DNA of 26,666 nt from a candidate division WOR-3 bacterium. Lineage in GTDB: Bacteria; Hydrothermota; Tepidihabitantia; Tepidihabitantales; JAOUPE01. The notes under the pieces were generated by a model. That model did not search any database. It saw only the letters and a list, made by a program, of their open reading frames with translations, and was not told where the DNA came from. A program made the translations under genes and the position numbers. Shown in pieces: positions 16,228-25,834 of the stretch. Numbering within the stretch: the first letter of the stretch is position 1; the number at the start of each line of letters is the position of its first letter. The stretch lies in assembly GCA_039801565.1 (NCBI GenBank), contig JBDRUX010000023.1, forward strand, positions 1-26,666. The letters run 5' to 3'.

Positions 16228-16950
16228 TTAGCCTTGGCAAACCGCCTTCTGTTTTAAAATGATTTCAGCAATTGCTCTTTTAGCTAAATTGAACATTTTG
16301 AGAAAGTCGTCTAAAGCAAACGGGATGCGTTCAGCAGTCGCTTGGATTTCGACAATTTTCCCGGATTCAGTTATTACAACATTCATATCCGTATCCGCTT
16401 TCGAGTCTTCTTCGTAAGATAAGTCAACTAAGATTTGTTCTTCAACGATTCCGACACTGATTGCAGCGACATTTTCAATAATTGGGTTCTTTGTTAACAC
16501 CTTATTAATGAGCAATTTTTTAACCGCACTGGCTAAGGCACAAAAACCGCCGGTCAAAGCCATTGTCCGAGTTCCACCATCGGCTTGTAAAACATCGCAA
16601 TCAATAATAAATTGATTCTCGCCCAAGGCATAAAGGTCGCAAACTGCCCGCAGGGAACGACCGAGAAATCTCTGAATTTCTTGGTTCCGGCCTTTAACCC
16701 GCCCGGCAGTTGCTTCCCGTACCGTTCTTTCTTGAGTACTACGGGGTAATAGGTTGTATTCCGCAGTAATCCACCCTTGACCCGACCCGACTAAAAATGG
16801 TGGAACTTTTCGTTCAAAAGTTGCAGCGCATAACACTTTGGTGTCGCCAGCTGTGATGAGACAAGAACCTTCGGCGTACTTAAGATAGCCAAGTTCGATT
16901 TTAATTTCTCGGGTCTGGTCTGGTGTTCTGCCATCGCGCCTTAAAAACAT
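16228..16950 (-). CDS. rph: Ribonuclease PH
   Basis: R.DGR, AEGSC...G.TKVLC, GWITAEY.LLPRST, EIQR..GRSLR, DCDVLQADGGTRT, YEEDS.ADTDMN. Confidence 0.96.
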   Translation of the reverse strand: MFLRRDGRTPDQTREIKIELGYLKYAEGSCLITAGDTKVLCAATFERKVPPFLVGSGQGWITAEYNLLPRSTQERTVREATAGRVKGRNQEIQRFLGRSLRAVCDLYALGENQFIIDCDVLQADGGTRTMALTGGFCALASAVKKLLINKVLTKNPIIENVAAISVGIVEEQILVDLSYEEDSKADTDMNVVITESGKIVEIQATAERIPFALDDFLKMFNLAKRAIAEIILKQKAVCQG

Positions 16951-16993
16951 TTTACCTCACTTTCTTTTCAAGATAAATCATAACTCGAATCAT

Positions 16994-17974
16994 TTATCCC
17001 GCTATCGTCGCTTTAAAACAATAAGAAATTGGTTCACCTAAAAACTGTTTGCTGACCTCAGTAAAGTTTGGGGTTAAATCCGAAAGATAGAACCGGTATT
17101 CCGGCTTTCTCTTTTTTGTTATCAAAAGTCCCAATTTGGTCAAAACCTTTTTTGCTTCATAGGCAGTAGCGGCAGCGGCATCAATTAGTGTGACATTGTT
17201 TAAGACTTTTTGGATTACGCCTTTTAATAATGGGTAATGGGTACAACCCAAAAGCAGGGTGTCAACCCCTTCGTTCCGAAAGGACCTCAAATAGGTTTCT
17301 GCCACCAGGAGGGCTATTTCATTGTCCAACCAACCTTCTTCGACTAATGGAACAAAGAGTGGTGTGCTCTTAGCAATAATTTCGACATCATTTTTGGTTA
17401 AGGCACGAATTACTCGTTCATAAGTTCCTGCTGTAATTGTAGCTTGAGTGCCAATGACACCGATTCTTCGGTTTTTGGTTGCTTTGAGGGCAGCCCGGGC
17501 ACCGGGTTCGATAACGCCTAATATCGGAACCGAGAAATTTTTTTGGAGTTCGGGTAGGCAGACCGACGAAACCGAATGGCAGGCAACAATTATCAGTTTT
17601 ACCTTCCGGTTAATGAGGAATCGGGTGTCTTCGAAAGCGAAACGGGTAATTACTTCGGGTGATTTGGTGCCGTAGGGGACTCTTGCAGTATCGCCAAGGT
17701 AGATGATATCTTCATTGGGTAAAATTTTTTTTAATTCTCGAACAATCGTAAGACCACCAATTCCGGAATCGAAAATGCCGATTGGAGCATTTTTGTTGAG
17801 GGTAGTCCCTTTAAATTTTCTGTTCTTTGATGAATTTGCCACCAAAGTTAGCCAGTAGTCATTAGCCAAAGGCAATAGTTTGGTAGGAACCTCCGTGATT
17901 CTGTAGTAAGAATGTGGGGGGGCAAAAGGAGTTTGCCACTTTTCTTTGTTTGCTTTTCGGTTACTTTTGGGCAT
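16994..17974 (-). CDS. murI: Glutamate racemase (start uncertain, N-terminal extension)
   Basis: PIGIFDSGIGGLT, GDTARVPYG.KS, VACHS, LLGCTHYP motifs. Confidence 0.93.
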   Translation of the reverse strand: MPKSNRKANKEKWQTPFAPPHSYYRITEVPTKLLPLANDYWLTLVANSSKNRKFKGTTLNKNAPIGIFDSGIGGLTIVRELKKILPNEDIIYLGDTARVPYGTKSPEVITRFAFEDTRFLINRKVKLIIVACHSVSSVCLPELQKNFSVPILGVIEPGARAALKATKNRRIGVIGTQATITAGTYERVIRALTKNDVEIIAKSTPLFVPLVEEGWLDNEIALLVAETYLRSFRNEGVDTLLLGCTHYPLLKGVIQKVLNNVTLIDAAAATAYEAKKVLTKLGLLITKKRKPEYRFYLSDLTPNFTEVSKQFLGEPISYCFKATIAG

Positions 17975-19418
17975 AGCGTTTTTCCACTTCATCAATAAAT
18001 TTTTTGATACCGGTGGCGATGCCTTTGGCTAATTTTTCCCAGAATTCCTTTTTGGCTAAGAGTTTTTCCTCGGCTGGATTAGAGATGTAGCCACATTCGA
18101 CTAAAACTGCCGGCATAAAATTGACTCTTAAAACATAGAAGCCGGCTTGCATTACGCCCCGGTTAGGAATTCCAGTAGCATAGGCGGTGTTTTCTTGAAT
18201 TAAAGCGGCTAATTCTTGTGATTCGAGGAGAAATTCATTTTGAGCCAAGTCGGAAAGAATTAAACTTAGATCATTATTAACGATTGGATTGGTATCGGCA
18301 ATTTCAAATTCAATAGCAGCGTTTTCTCTTGCTGCTACCGCCCGTTCCCAATCGGTTTTGGCATCGGATAAGAAGTAAGTTTCGAGTCCGCGTTTTCTTT
18401 TGTCACGCACGGCGGCATTACAATGGATTGATATAAATAAATCTGCCTTGGAGTGACGAGCGAATCGTACCCGGTCGGCAAGACTGACATAGCAGTCATC
18501 AGTACGAGTGAGAAGGACTTTAAGTCCGAGTGCTTCTAATTTATTTTTAAGCCGTAACGCAATGCCCAAATTTACCGTTTTTTCTTTCAAGCCACCTCGA
18601 CCAATTGCTCCAGGGTCTTTGCCACCATGCCCAGGATCGAGGACAATCGTGGTAAGCCTTTTCTGGGGTCGGGGATAACAGAGAAGAAATAGTGCATCCG
18701 ATGATTTTGTAATCTTTTGGTTGCAAGGGCGATTGAAATATAAGGCGATATTGGTACCACTTTTATTCTCAATAACAATATTTTTTACAATCCCTTTCGG
18801 TCGTATCTCTTTAATCTCTGATAGGGCTGGCAGGTATAGGTGATACTCTAAAGAAGAAAGAACTTCGGTTTCATAAAGAACACTCGGTGGAACTTCAATT
18901 TTTAAAATGGTTGTATCTTTGTTTTGAGTTAAAGTGATGGATTTGATTTTAGGCACCGACGGTTTAGGCAGGGGAAAGATTTCACCTAACACAAAGACCG
19001 GAACCATTAAATCATCATCAATAACCTTAATTGGAAATGGTGAAGGAACTAACCGGTGATTGACAATAATCGTATCGTGGTTGGGTGTCAAAACAATTTC
19101 GACTTCCTTTTTTGGCCGATGCGGTCTTTGCTCGGAAGTTAACTCTGAATTCAATTCGGTTGAGGTGTCCGGCACGATTGCTATCCATTTATTAGCTGAC
19201 TGCCAGATATTACCTTTTAATGCAGTTACTACTTTACTGGCCGAGACATATTCGATTTCTTTAATTTTGGTTGTTTCGATTAATTTATTACCAACCGGGA
19301 TAGTGCGGGCGAATGCTGATAAAAAAAATAAGATAAAAAGAAGCGGCGTCCCTGAAGAAAAAGTTTTCAAAAACGGAGAGTTCGACCCGCTTCGAGTCAA
19401 CTTTTGAGTCATTTTCAT
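17961..19418 (-). CDS. N-acetylmuramoyl-L-alanine amidase (Amidase_3, AmiA/C-like)
   Basis: LDPGHGGKDPGA, EK.VNL, LTR..D, FISIHCN, G.ETYF, A.RENA, QAGFYVL..MPAVLVE.GYISN. Confidence 0.92.
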   Translation of the reverse strand: MKMTQKLTRSGSNSPFLKTFSSGTPLLFILFFLSAFARTIPVGNKLIETTKIKEIEYVSASKVVTALKGNIWQSANKWIAIVPDTSTELNSELTSEQRPHRPKKEVEIVLTPNHDTIIVNHRLVPSPFPIKVIDDDLMVPVFVLGEIFPLPKPSVPKIKSITLTQNKDTTILKIEVPPSVLYETEVLSSLEYHLYLPALSEIKEIRPKGIVKNIVIENKSGTNIALYFNRPCNQKITKSSDALFLLCYPRPQKRLTTIVLDPGHGGKDPGAIGRGGLKEKTVNLGIALRLKNKLEALGLKVLLTRTDDCYVSLADRVRFARHSKADLFISIHCNAAVRDKRKRGLETYFLSDAKTDWERAVAARENAAIEFEIADTNPIVNNDLSLILSDLAQNEFLLESQELAALIQENTAYATGIPNRGVMQAGFYVLRVNFMPAVLVECGYISNPAEEKLLAKKEFWEKLAKGIATGIKKFIDEVEKRYAQK

Positions 19419-19864
19419 CGTCTTCGTTTTTCGGCTTGTCGTTCTAATCGGGCTAAATCGCGGCGTTTAATCTCTTCGCGCCGGTCGTAAACTTTTTTGC
19501 CGCGAGCGAGACCAAGTTCAACTTTGGCATAGCCTCGATCATTAAAATAAAGTTTCAATGGTATTAGCGTAAAACCCCTCACTTGTGTTTTGCCAAACAG
19601 TCTTTTAATCTCATCTCTTTTTAATAAAAGCTTTCTCTTTCGTTTTGGGTTAGGATTAAAGATATTACCATGGCTGTAAGGAGCGATATTTGCATCATAA
19701 AGGAAGACTTCGCCATTTTCGACAACGGCATAACTACTGTCCAAGGAGGCGGCGTGATTGCGTAACGATTTTACCTCAGTACCAAGGAGTTCGATACCAG
19801 CTTCATAGGTTTCTAAGATTTCAAAATCCCGCCGTGCCTTACGATTAGTCACAACGACTTCCAC
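19415..19864 (-). CDS. smpB: SsrA-binding protein SmpB
   Basis: NRKAR.DF...YEAGIEL.GTEVKSLR, RKLLL, LARGKK..D.R; GTG start. Confidence 0.97.
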   Translation of the reverse strand: MEVVVTNRKARRDFEILETYEAGIELLGTEVKSLRNHAASLDSSYAVVENGEVFLYDANIAPYSHGNIFNPNPKRKRKLLLKRDEIKRLFGKTQVRGFTLIPLKLYFNDRGYAKVELGLARGKKVYDRREEIKRRDLARLERQAEKRRR

Positions 19865-19871
19865 AAATTTT

Positions 19872-19900
19872 ATTATAACTCACAATTCCCTGATAGTCAA
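19872..19900 (-). promoter_or_regulatory. Promoter TTGACT-17-TATAAT giving a probable leaderless smpB mRNA
   Basis: -10 ends 7 nt before the GTG; no SD. Confidence 0.7.
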
Positions 19901-19912
19901 GGCTAATGGCTA

Positions 19913-19940
19913 TTGACAGAACCGAATTTTTGGTTAAAAT
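19913..19940 (+). promoter_or_regulatory. Divergent promoter TTGACA-16-TAAAAT
   Basis: Back-to-back with the smpB promoter; upstream of gene 20013 (AGGAGG SD). Confidence 0.55.
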
Positions 19941-20012
19941 TATTTAAACGGATTGGGTTCAAATTGGAGTGTTAATTGAATTTTAAGCATTTTAGAGAAA
20001 ATAGGAGGAACA

Positions 20013-20393
20013 GTGATTGAAATAAAGGGCCCGCATCGGCTTGACCACATTGACTATTATGTCCGAGAAATTTCCCCGGGCGTTTTTATGTTATCAAATG
20101 ACGGTGAGCGAATTGCCGAGGTTGGTCGTTCTGACACTAATGTTCGGGAGGCAATTATTAAGGCTTGCGGCGTGCAGCGGGGCGTTGATACCAAATACGC
20201 TTATTTTTGGGTAGGATTAACGGCTAACGCCAAAGCGGCCTTTCGGGAACATTGCAAGTTGTGGCATCGCTATATGTATATGAAAGGAATTGAAACCCAC
20301 CCGACACCACCTGAGGGCGAAGATAAAATTGGTTGTCCGGTCTCGGAGTGCGAATGGAATCAAGCCAACGGCTTGAGTAGCGACGATTATTAA
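20013..20393 (+). CDS. Hypothetical protein, degenerate GIY-YIG-like fold with Cys/His-rich C-terminus
   Basis: 126 aa, strong SD; PGVFML...EVGRSD...AAFREHCKLWH...HP..P.G....CPV..C. Confidence 0.6.
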   Translation: MIEIKGPHRLDHIDYYVREISPGVFMLSNDGERIAEVGRSDTNVREAIIKACGVQRGVDTKYAYFWVGLTANAKAAFREHCKLWHRYMYMKGIETHPTPPEGEDKIGCPVSECEWNQANGLSSDDY

Positions 20394-20412
20394 CGAAGCT
20401 GATTGTTAGTTA

Positions 20413-20450
20413 ATTGAAGGGCTTGACATTATCAAGCCCTTCAATATTTT
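20413..20450 (+). terminator. Intrinsic terminator-like hairpin (perfect 14-bp stem)
   Basis: ATTGAAGGGCTTGA-CATTA-TCAAGCCCTTCAAT followed by ATTTTT, about 20 nt after the stop. Confidence 0.65.
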
Positions 20451-20458
20451 TAGTAGGA

Positions 20459-22285
20459 TTGAAAGCAATCTCGCTTAAAATAATACTGCCATTTTTCCTC
20501 TTAACAATTTATCTTCTAACTTTAAGTCCAACCGTAGGTCTAATTGATTCGGGTGAACTCATTACTGGTTGTTATCTCCTTAATATCTTGCATCCCACCG
20601 GCTATCCTTTATATACTTTATTGGGCAATGTTATTTCCCGTCTGCCCTTCGGTTCGGTTGCCCAACGGATTAATTTTATTTCGGCACTTTATTGTGTCGT
20701 GACAGGTTTTTTCTTTTTCAACCTAATGTTAAATCTTACCAATTCACCATCCGTGGCTTTCATTAGTTCCGTTTTCTTTGCCCTTTCCAAGACACTTTGG
20801 TCGGTGGCGGTAAGTGCTGAGGTCTATGGTCTAACGACGTTATTTTTAGGTATAATCGTCTGGCTTTGGACTAAATCAGATAGTGTGGAATCGAAAAAGC
20901 CTAAAGATAGCAACCCACCCAAACAAAATAATTCTTGGCTCTTTTTGGCTTTCATTTTGGGTTTAAGTTTTACCAATCATATGATGATTTTTAGCACTTT
21001 CCTTGGCACAATTGTTTTTTTAATGCTTTTAACAAGTAAAAAAGGCACCAGACAATTACACAATGGCCGTACCATAATCCTTGCGACTTTGTTCTTCCTA
21101 TTAGGATTATCGGTTTATCTGTATCTTATCATCCGGGCGAAAAAAGTACCACTTTTTAATTGGGGAAACCCCTACAACTGGGAACGCTTTTTCTGGCATA
21201 TTACTGGCCGCCAGTATCAAGTTTGGATGTTTAAATCAACCCTCCCGGAATTATTAAGAAATTTAAAATTCGGAGTGAAACTACTTTACCAAGAGTCAAT
21301 TTTTGGTGGATTTATTGTCTTGGCAATTTTTGGGGGATGGCAGTTTTTAACTCAAAAGGCATCTTCTCTTTTAATTGGTTTATTAACCATATTTTTACTA
21401 TCGTTCTTTTATGCGGTTAACTACTCAATTCCGGATATTGATACTTATTATCTGCCTTGCATCTTCGTTGTTTTGGTTTTGAGTGGAATGGGATTGAAGG
21501 TTCTTATTGAGCGAACGAAGATTCCGCACCCCTTTTTTATAATTCTAATTGGTTTGCCACTTTTATTGAATTATCGAAAAGCGACAATGCAAGATAATTA
21601 CCTTGCCTATGACGCAGCGGTTAACCATTTGAAAATCCTGCCGAAAAATGCCATCGTTATCACTAACTGGTGGGACTTTTATTCGCCGTCGCTTTATCTC
21701 CAGTATGTGGAAAAATACCGAACCGACATTTGTATCATTGATAAAGAACTATTAAGAAGGTCATGGTATTTTCAGTATTTAGCTAAACAATATCCCTGGC
21801 TGGTAGCTAATTCTAAAGAAGAAATCAAACATTTTCTGTTCTTTCTCGACCAGTTTGAACATAATCGTTTAAAAGACAATGTCGGCATTCAAAATGCTTT
21901 TATTGCTATGATTAACAGTTTTGTTGACCGTAATCCGGATAGGCGTGTCTTTGTCACTTTCAACAATCTTACCGATTATGATGCGAAATCAATCAAGCCA
22001 GAAATGAGTCGAATTCCTTATGGCTTATTATACGAATTGACTACTGATACAACTATTGACGAGATAGACTATAACCAGTTTATCGTGAGAAAACCAAAAC
22101 TTAGTTTATTAGATGCGCGTAGCCAGATGATATTAGAACGCTATGAAGCCTTCGGCATCGAGCGGGCTTTATTCTTAAAGCAACGGAAGCGACTCGAAGC
22201 GGCAAAACAAACTCTTTGGTGGGTCTTAAAAATTAATCCACAATCAGCCAAGGCAAAGAATCTTATTCGGTTAGTCGAGATGTAA
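20459..22285 (+). CDS. DUF2723 domain membrane protein (TMEM260-like GT-C glycosyltransferase)
   Basis: YL.TL.PTV...DSGEL, HPTGYPLY.LLG, WS.AV.AEVY, L..TNH, NWG.P...F.WH..G.QY, YYLP motifs; many TM helices. Start moved out of the terminator hairpin. Confidence 0.85.
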   Translation: MKAISLKIILPFFLLTIYLLTLSPTVGLIDSGELITGCYLLNILHPTGYPLYTLLGNVISRLPFGSVAQRINFISALYCVVTGFFFFNLMLNLTNSPSVAFISSVFFALSKTLWSVAVSAEVYGLTTLFLGIIVWLWTKSDSVESKKPKDSNPPKQNNSWLFLAFILGLSFTNHMMIFSTFLGTIVFLMLLTSKKGTRQLHNGRTIILATLFFLLGLSVYLYLIIRAKKVPLFNWGNPYNWERFFWHITGRQYQVWMFKSTLPELLRNLKFGVKLLYQESIFGGFIVLAIFGGWQFLTQKASSLLIGLLTIFLLSFFYAVNYSIPDIDTYYLPCIFVVLVLSGMGLKVLIERTKIPHPFFIILIGLPLLLNYRKATMQDNYLAYDAAVNHLKILPKNAIVITNWWDFYSPSLYLQYVEKYRTDICIIDKELLRRSWYFQYLAKQYPWLVANSKEEIKHFLFFLDQFEHNRLKDNVGIQNAFIAMINSFVDRNPDRRVFVTFNNLTDYDAKSIKPEMSRIPYGLLYELTTDTTIDEIDYNQFIVRKPKLSLLDARSQMILERYEAFGIERALFLKQRKRLEAAKQTLWWVLKINPQSAKAKNLIRLVEM

Positions 22286-24253
22286 TCGTTTTTTTAATCT
22301 TGCTGGGTTTATAAGGTAGCGATATTTAATGAAGTAATAAATTAAACCCTTAATATGGTGTAAGGTCAATTTAGAAAAGAATTTTTTCTTGGTTATTCTT
22401 TGTTCATGATGAATAATCAAAGCATCCGGATAGTAAAAAACCTGAAATCCTTTTTGCCAAGTTCGAATGCAATAGTCGATATCTTCCGGACCGTAGAAGA
22501 TATGGCCATCTAAGAAACCCACTGCTTCGTAGGCCGTTCTTCGAATAATCTGGCAGGCACCTATAACATAATCGACCGGTCGAATTGAATTATGGTTCCA
22601 ATCGCACATCAGTTCTTCATTAAGATGATTCTGGACGAACTTAAATGGTAGCCGGCGCATAATTTTAGTCAAAAGACTGGGAAGTTTGCGACAAGAGAAC
22701 TGAAGTTCTTGATTGGGACTTAGAAGTTTTGGCCCACAAATTCCGACTTTGGGATTTTTGTCCATAAATTCAACTAAACGGTCTAAGGCATCGCCAATTA
22801 TTGTTGTATCCACATCAAGTAAAACGAGATAGCGACCACGGGCGACTCGCAAGCCTTGGTTACGAGCTCGCGCCACACCGCGGTTATACCGGTTTTTTAT
22901 AATTCGAATTTGAGGGAATTGGGCAAGTAGTGCCAACGTATTATCGGTTGAACCATTTTCAACAACAATAACTTCAAATGATTTTTTGGTATTCCGATAA
23001 ATTGAATTAAGACAATTGACTAAAAAGTTTGCCGCGTTGTAAGTGATAATGATAATTGAAAGGTCGGGCGGGTATTTTGAATTTTCAATTCGGAATTCAG
23101 AATTCGGCCGGTGGTTTCCCATCGTAAACTTAAATGTATTCAAGATAGCATTAGCACACTGTTGCCAATTAAATTTTTTAACCTGGGCAAAACCCTTTCG
23201 AATCATTTCGGCTTGGAGAGTATTATCATTTAAGACTTTCACTATCGCATCAGCAATTTCTGAAGTATTATAAGGATTAACCAATATTGCAGCATCACCA
23301 GCAATTTCCGGCAACGAGGATAGATTAGAACAGATTACCGGCACACCACAAGCCATCGCTTCTAAGACTGGTAATCCAAACCCTTCATAAAGCGAAGGAA
23401 AAACAAAAAGTTCACTTTGATTGTAAATTAGAGGCAAGTCTTCTTCTTGGATATAACCAGGAAAGAATACTTCGTTGGATAAGAAAGTGTTAGCAATTGA
23501 GGCGGGTAGGGTTTTTCCTAACTTTTTCCCCCAGCCATAGGCACCAACGATCACTAACTTATGAGGTATGGAATTAGTTTTCTTTGCTACGAAAAAGGCT
23601 TCAATCAGCCTGGGTAAGTTTTTGCCCGGTTCTTGGGTGCCAACAAACAGAATGAAGCGGTCGGGTAAATTATATTTGGCGCGGATTTTTTTTAATTCAG
23701 ATTCCGAATCGATTTTGTGATATTGCGGACTCACGCCTTCTAATGCCACAAAAATTTTTGATTGGGGTACCGAACAAAACCTTACGATTTCGCGTTTGGT
23801 ATTTTCCGAAACCGCAATAACCGTGTCCGACCTTTTCACTGCCCACTTGGTCATAGTTTGAATATAAAATGAGCGTAAAGGAGTATATTTTGTTATCGAA
23901 CGATGAAATGGAATCATATCATGAATTACGGTAACGGTTTTGGTTGGTACTAAAAATGGGATAGCGACGGATGGGGTAAATAATAAATCAATTCGATAAT
24001 ATAGTAACTGCCAAGGCAATATAAACTGTTCCCAAAAAATTCGAATCACTCGCCGGTTTGGTGAGAAAGGACAGATAATCTTCAAAAAATTGGGTGCAGA
24101 AATTGTAAAATTATGCTCGCTTTGTTTAGTTAGAAACAAAAAGTAATTATTTTCCTGGTCAAGCGCCGCCAGTTGGGCTAATATATTTTGGGTAAACCGA
24201 CCAGTCCCAGCCAGTCGTTGCCGAAACGGTAAAAGATTGACGCCAATCCGCAT
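22271..24253 (-). CDS. Two-domain glycosyltransferase (GT4 + GT2 fusion)
   Basis: N-half [28 protein letters not shown] (GT4); C-half [31 protein letters not shown] (GT2). Confidence 0.9.
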   Translation of the reverse strand: MRIGVNLLPFRQRLAGTGRFTQNILAQLAALDQENNYFLFLTKQSEHNFTISAPNFLKIICPFSPNRRVIRIFWEQFILPWQLLYYRIDLLFTPSVAIPFLVPTKTVTVIHDMIPFHRSITKYTPLRSFYIQTMTKWAVKRSDTVIAVSENTKREIVRFCSVPQSKIFVALEGVSPQYHKIDSESELKKIRAKYNLPDRFILFVGTQEPGKNLPRLIEAFFVAKKTNSIPHKLVIVGAYGWGKKLGKTLPASIANTFLSNEVFFPGYIQEEDLPLIYNQSELFVFPSLYEGFGLPVLEAMACGVPVICSNLSSLPEIAGDAAILVNPYNTSEIADAIVKVLNDNTLQAEMIRKGFAQVKKFNWQQCANAILNTFKFTMGNHRPNSEFRIENSKYPPDLSIIIITYNAANFLVNCLNSIYRNTKKSFEVIVVENGSTDNTLALLAQFPQIRIIKNRYNRGVARARNQGLRVARGRYLVLLDVDTTIIGDALDRLVEFMDKNPKVGICGPKLLSPNQELQFSCRKLPSLLTKIMRRLPFKFVQNHLNEELMCDWNHNSIRPVDYVIGACQIIRRTAYEAVGFLDGHIFYGPEDIDYCIRTWQKGFQVFYYPDALIIHHEQRITKKKFFSKLTLHHIKGLIYYFIKYRYLINPARLKKRLHLD

Positions 24254-24286
24254 TGCGTAGGTTAAGACATTAATAGGTTAAAAGAT

Positions 24287-24315
24287 AGCATAAGTAAGAA
24301 ATCACCATTTGTCAA
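24287..24315 (-). promoter_or_regulatory. Promoter TTGACA-17-TATGCT upstream of the glycosyltransferase
   Basis: Hexamers at 24315-24310 and 24292-24287. Confidence 0.55.
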
Positions 24316-24341
24316 TTCTTTTTAAGAAAACTGGCAAGATT

Positions 24342-25415
24342 TCAGTTATATTTTCCAGACAGCTGTCCACAACCGGCAAGGATTTCCGACCCGCGGCTTT
24401 TGCGAATCGTAACTGCTGGCAGCTTTGAATAAAGACTTCGAGCAAAATTTTCAACTTCGGCTAAAGTCGGTGCTTTTAATTCACAACCCGGGAAAGGATT
24501 GAAGGGAATTAGATTTATCTTACAAGGTATCCCTTTAAGTAATCTCGGCAGCCTTGCAATATCTTCTTTTCGGTCATTCACCCTTTTTACCAAAACATAT
24601 TCGAAAGTGATTCGTTTCCGTTTTATCTTGGTATAAAATTTAGCCGCCTTGATCAATTCCTTCAGAGGATAATACTTGGTGAAAGGCATCAAGTAATTTC
24701 TAGTCTTGTCGTCAGTGCCGTTTAAGGATATTGCCAATTTTACCTGTAAAGGGAATTCAACAAATTGATAGATCTTATCGGTTATGCCAATGGTCGAAAT
24801 TGTAATTCTTCGGGCGCCGATATTTAGCCCAAAATCAGAATTTAAAATCTCAGTCGCTTTTTCACACTCAGTAAGATTGAGCAAGGGTTCGCCCATTCCC
24901 ATAAAAACGACATTAGTTAATCGCTGGCCCGTAATCTTTTGTACCTGTAAGACTTGGTCAACGATTTCAAAAAATTTAAGGTCTCGTTTAAAACCTATCT
25001 GACCGGTATAGCAAATTTTACACCCTAACGCACAACCAACTTGTGTGGAAACACAGACCGTTTTTCGATGCAGTTCTGGGATATAGACCGATTCGATACT
25101 TTGATTATCGGTTAAAGCGAAGAGAAACTTTTCGGTGCCATCATTGGCTTTTTGGGATTTGATAAGCTTCAGTTGACTGATATAATATTTTGCCTTCAGC
25201 GACTCCCGTTTAGCTTTTGCTAAGTTAGTCATCTGGCTAATATCGTTTATTCCTTTTTGCCAAAGCCAGGAAAAGATTTGGCTTGCCCGATAACGTTCCC
25301 AACCCAATTCTCTAACCACTTCTTTAAGTTGGTCGAGCGTGAACGATTTTAAATCTAAGGCAATCGGTGCTGTTATATTGCTTTTGGATTCTGAGCTCAC
25401 GTTTATATAGCGCAA
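24342..25415 (-). CDS. rlmN: Dual-specificity RNA methyltransferase RlmN
   Basis: CVSTQVGCALGCKIC radical-SAM motif, VFMGMGEPL, FEYVL, NLIPFNP, GCGQL. Confidence 0.93.
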   Translation of the reverse strand: MRYINVSSESKSNITAPIALDLKSFTLDQLKEVVRELGWERYRASQIFSWLWQKGINDISQMTNLAKAKRESLKAKYYISQLKLIKSQKANDGTEKFLFALTDNQSIESVYIPELHRKTVCVSTQVGCALGCKICYTGQIGFKRDLKFFEIVDQVLQVQKITGQRLTNVVFMGMGEPLLNLTECEKATEILNSDFGLNIGARRITISTIGITDKIYQFVEFPLQVKLAISLNGTDDKTRNYLMPFTKYYPLKELIKAAKFYTKIKRKRITFEYVLVKRVNDRKEDIARLPRLLKGIPCKINLIPFNPFPGCELKAPTLAEVENFARSLYSKLPAVTIRKSRGSEILAGCGQLSGKYN

Positions 25416-25473
25416 TTACCTTTTCTTTTATCTTTTATATCTTCGTTTAATCCATTTTTCACTGCGTATTTAG

Positions 25474-25821
25474 TTAATTTTCCATTGAATTGCTTTTGGT
25501 TTTTGTCATAATTGCCTGGCACCAAGTGAAAAAGTAATTTGGCAATTCCACTGGCGAAATTATTCGCTTAAGACGGTTTTGGAACTCGATTGCTTCCACT
25601 TTCGCCATAAAATCACCGACCGCAACACCGCAGGTTTGAAGATAATCAAAGATGGTGCGTAAAGTTGGATTTTTTATTCGACCACTTTCCAATTGGGCGA
25701 TAAAACTGTGTCCAGATTTACTTTTAATGCCCATTCTTGATGCGACTTCGCTTTGGGAAAGCCCGGCTTTCACTCGGATTTGGCGTAAAATGCCTGCCAT
25801 TCCTTTCGTGGACACGAACAT
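25474..25821 (-). CDS. XRE-family helix-turn-helix protein
   Basis: LRQIRVKAGLSQSEVASRMG...IAQLESG...NPTL.TI. Confidence 0.75.
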   Translation of the reverse strand: MFVSTKGMAGILRQIRVKAGLSQSEVASRMGIKSKSGHSFIAQLESGRIKNPTLRTIFDYLQTCGVAVGDFMAKVEAIEFQNRLKRIISPVELPNYFFTWCQAIMTKTKSNSMEN

Positions 25822-25834
25822 AGCTTTTTAATAA

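Noticed and set aside
19865..20012. tmRNA (ssrA) next to smpB
   Set aside because: The gap is only about 150 nt, AT-rich and filled by divergent promoters; no tmRNA termini were seen.
25513..25524. TGCCTGGCACCA mini-palindrome near the HTH gene 3' end as another inserted element
   Set aside because: Too short to distinguish from chance without a genome-wide count.
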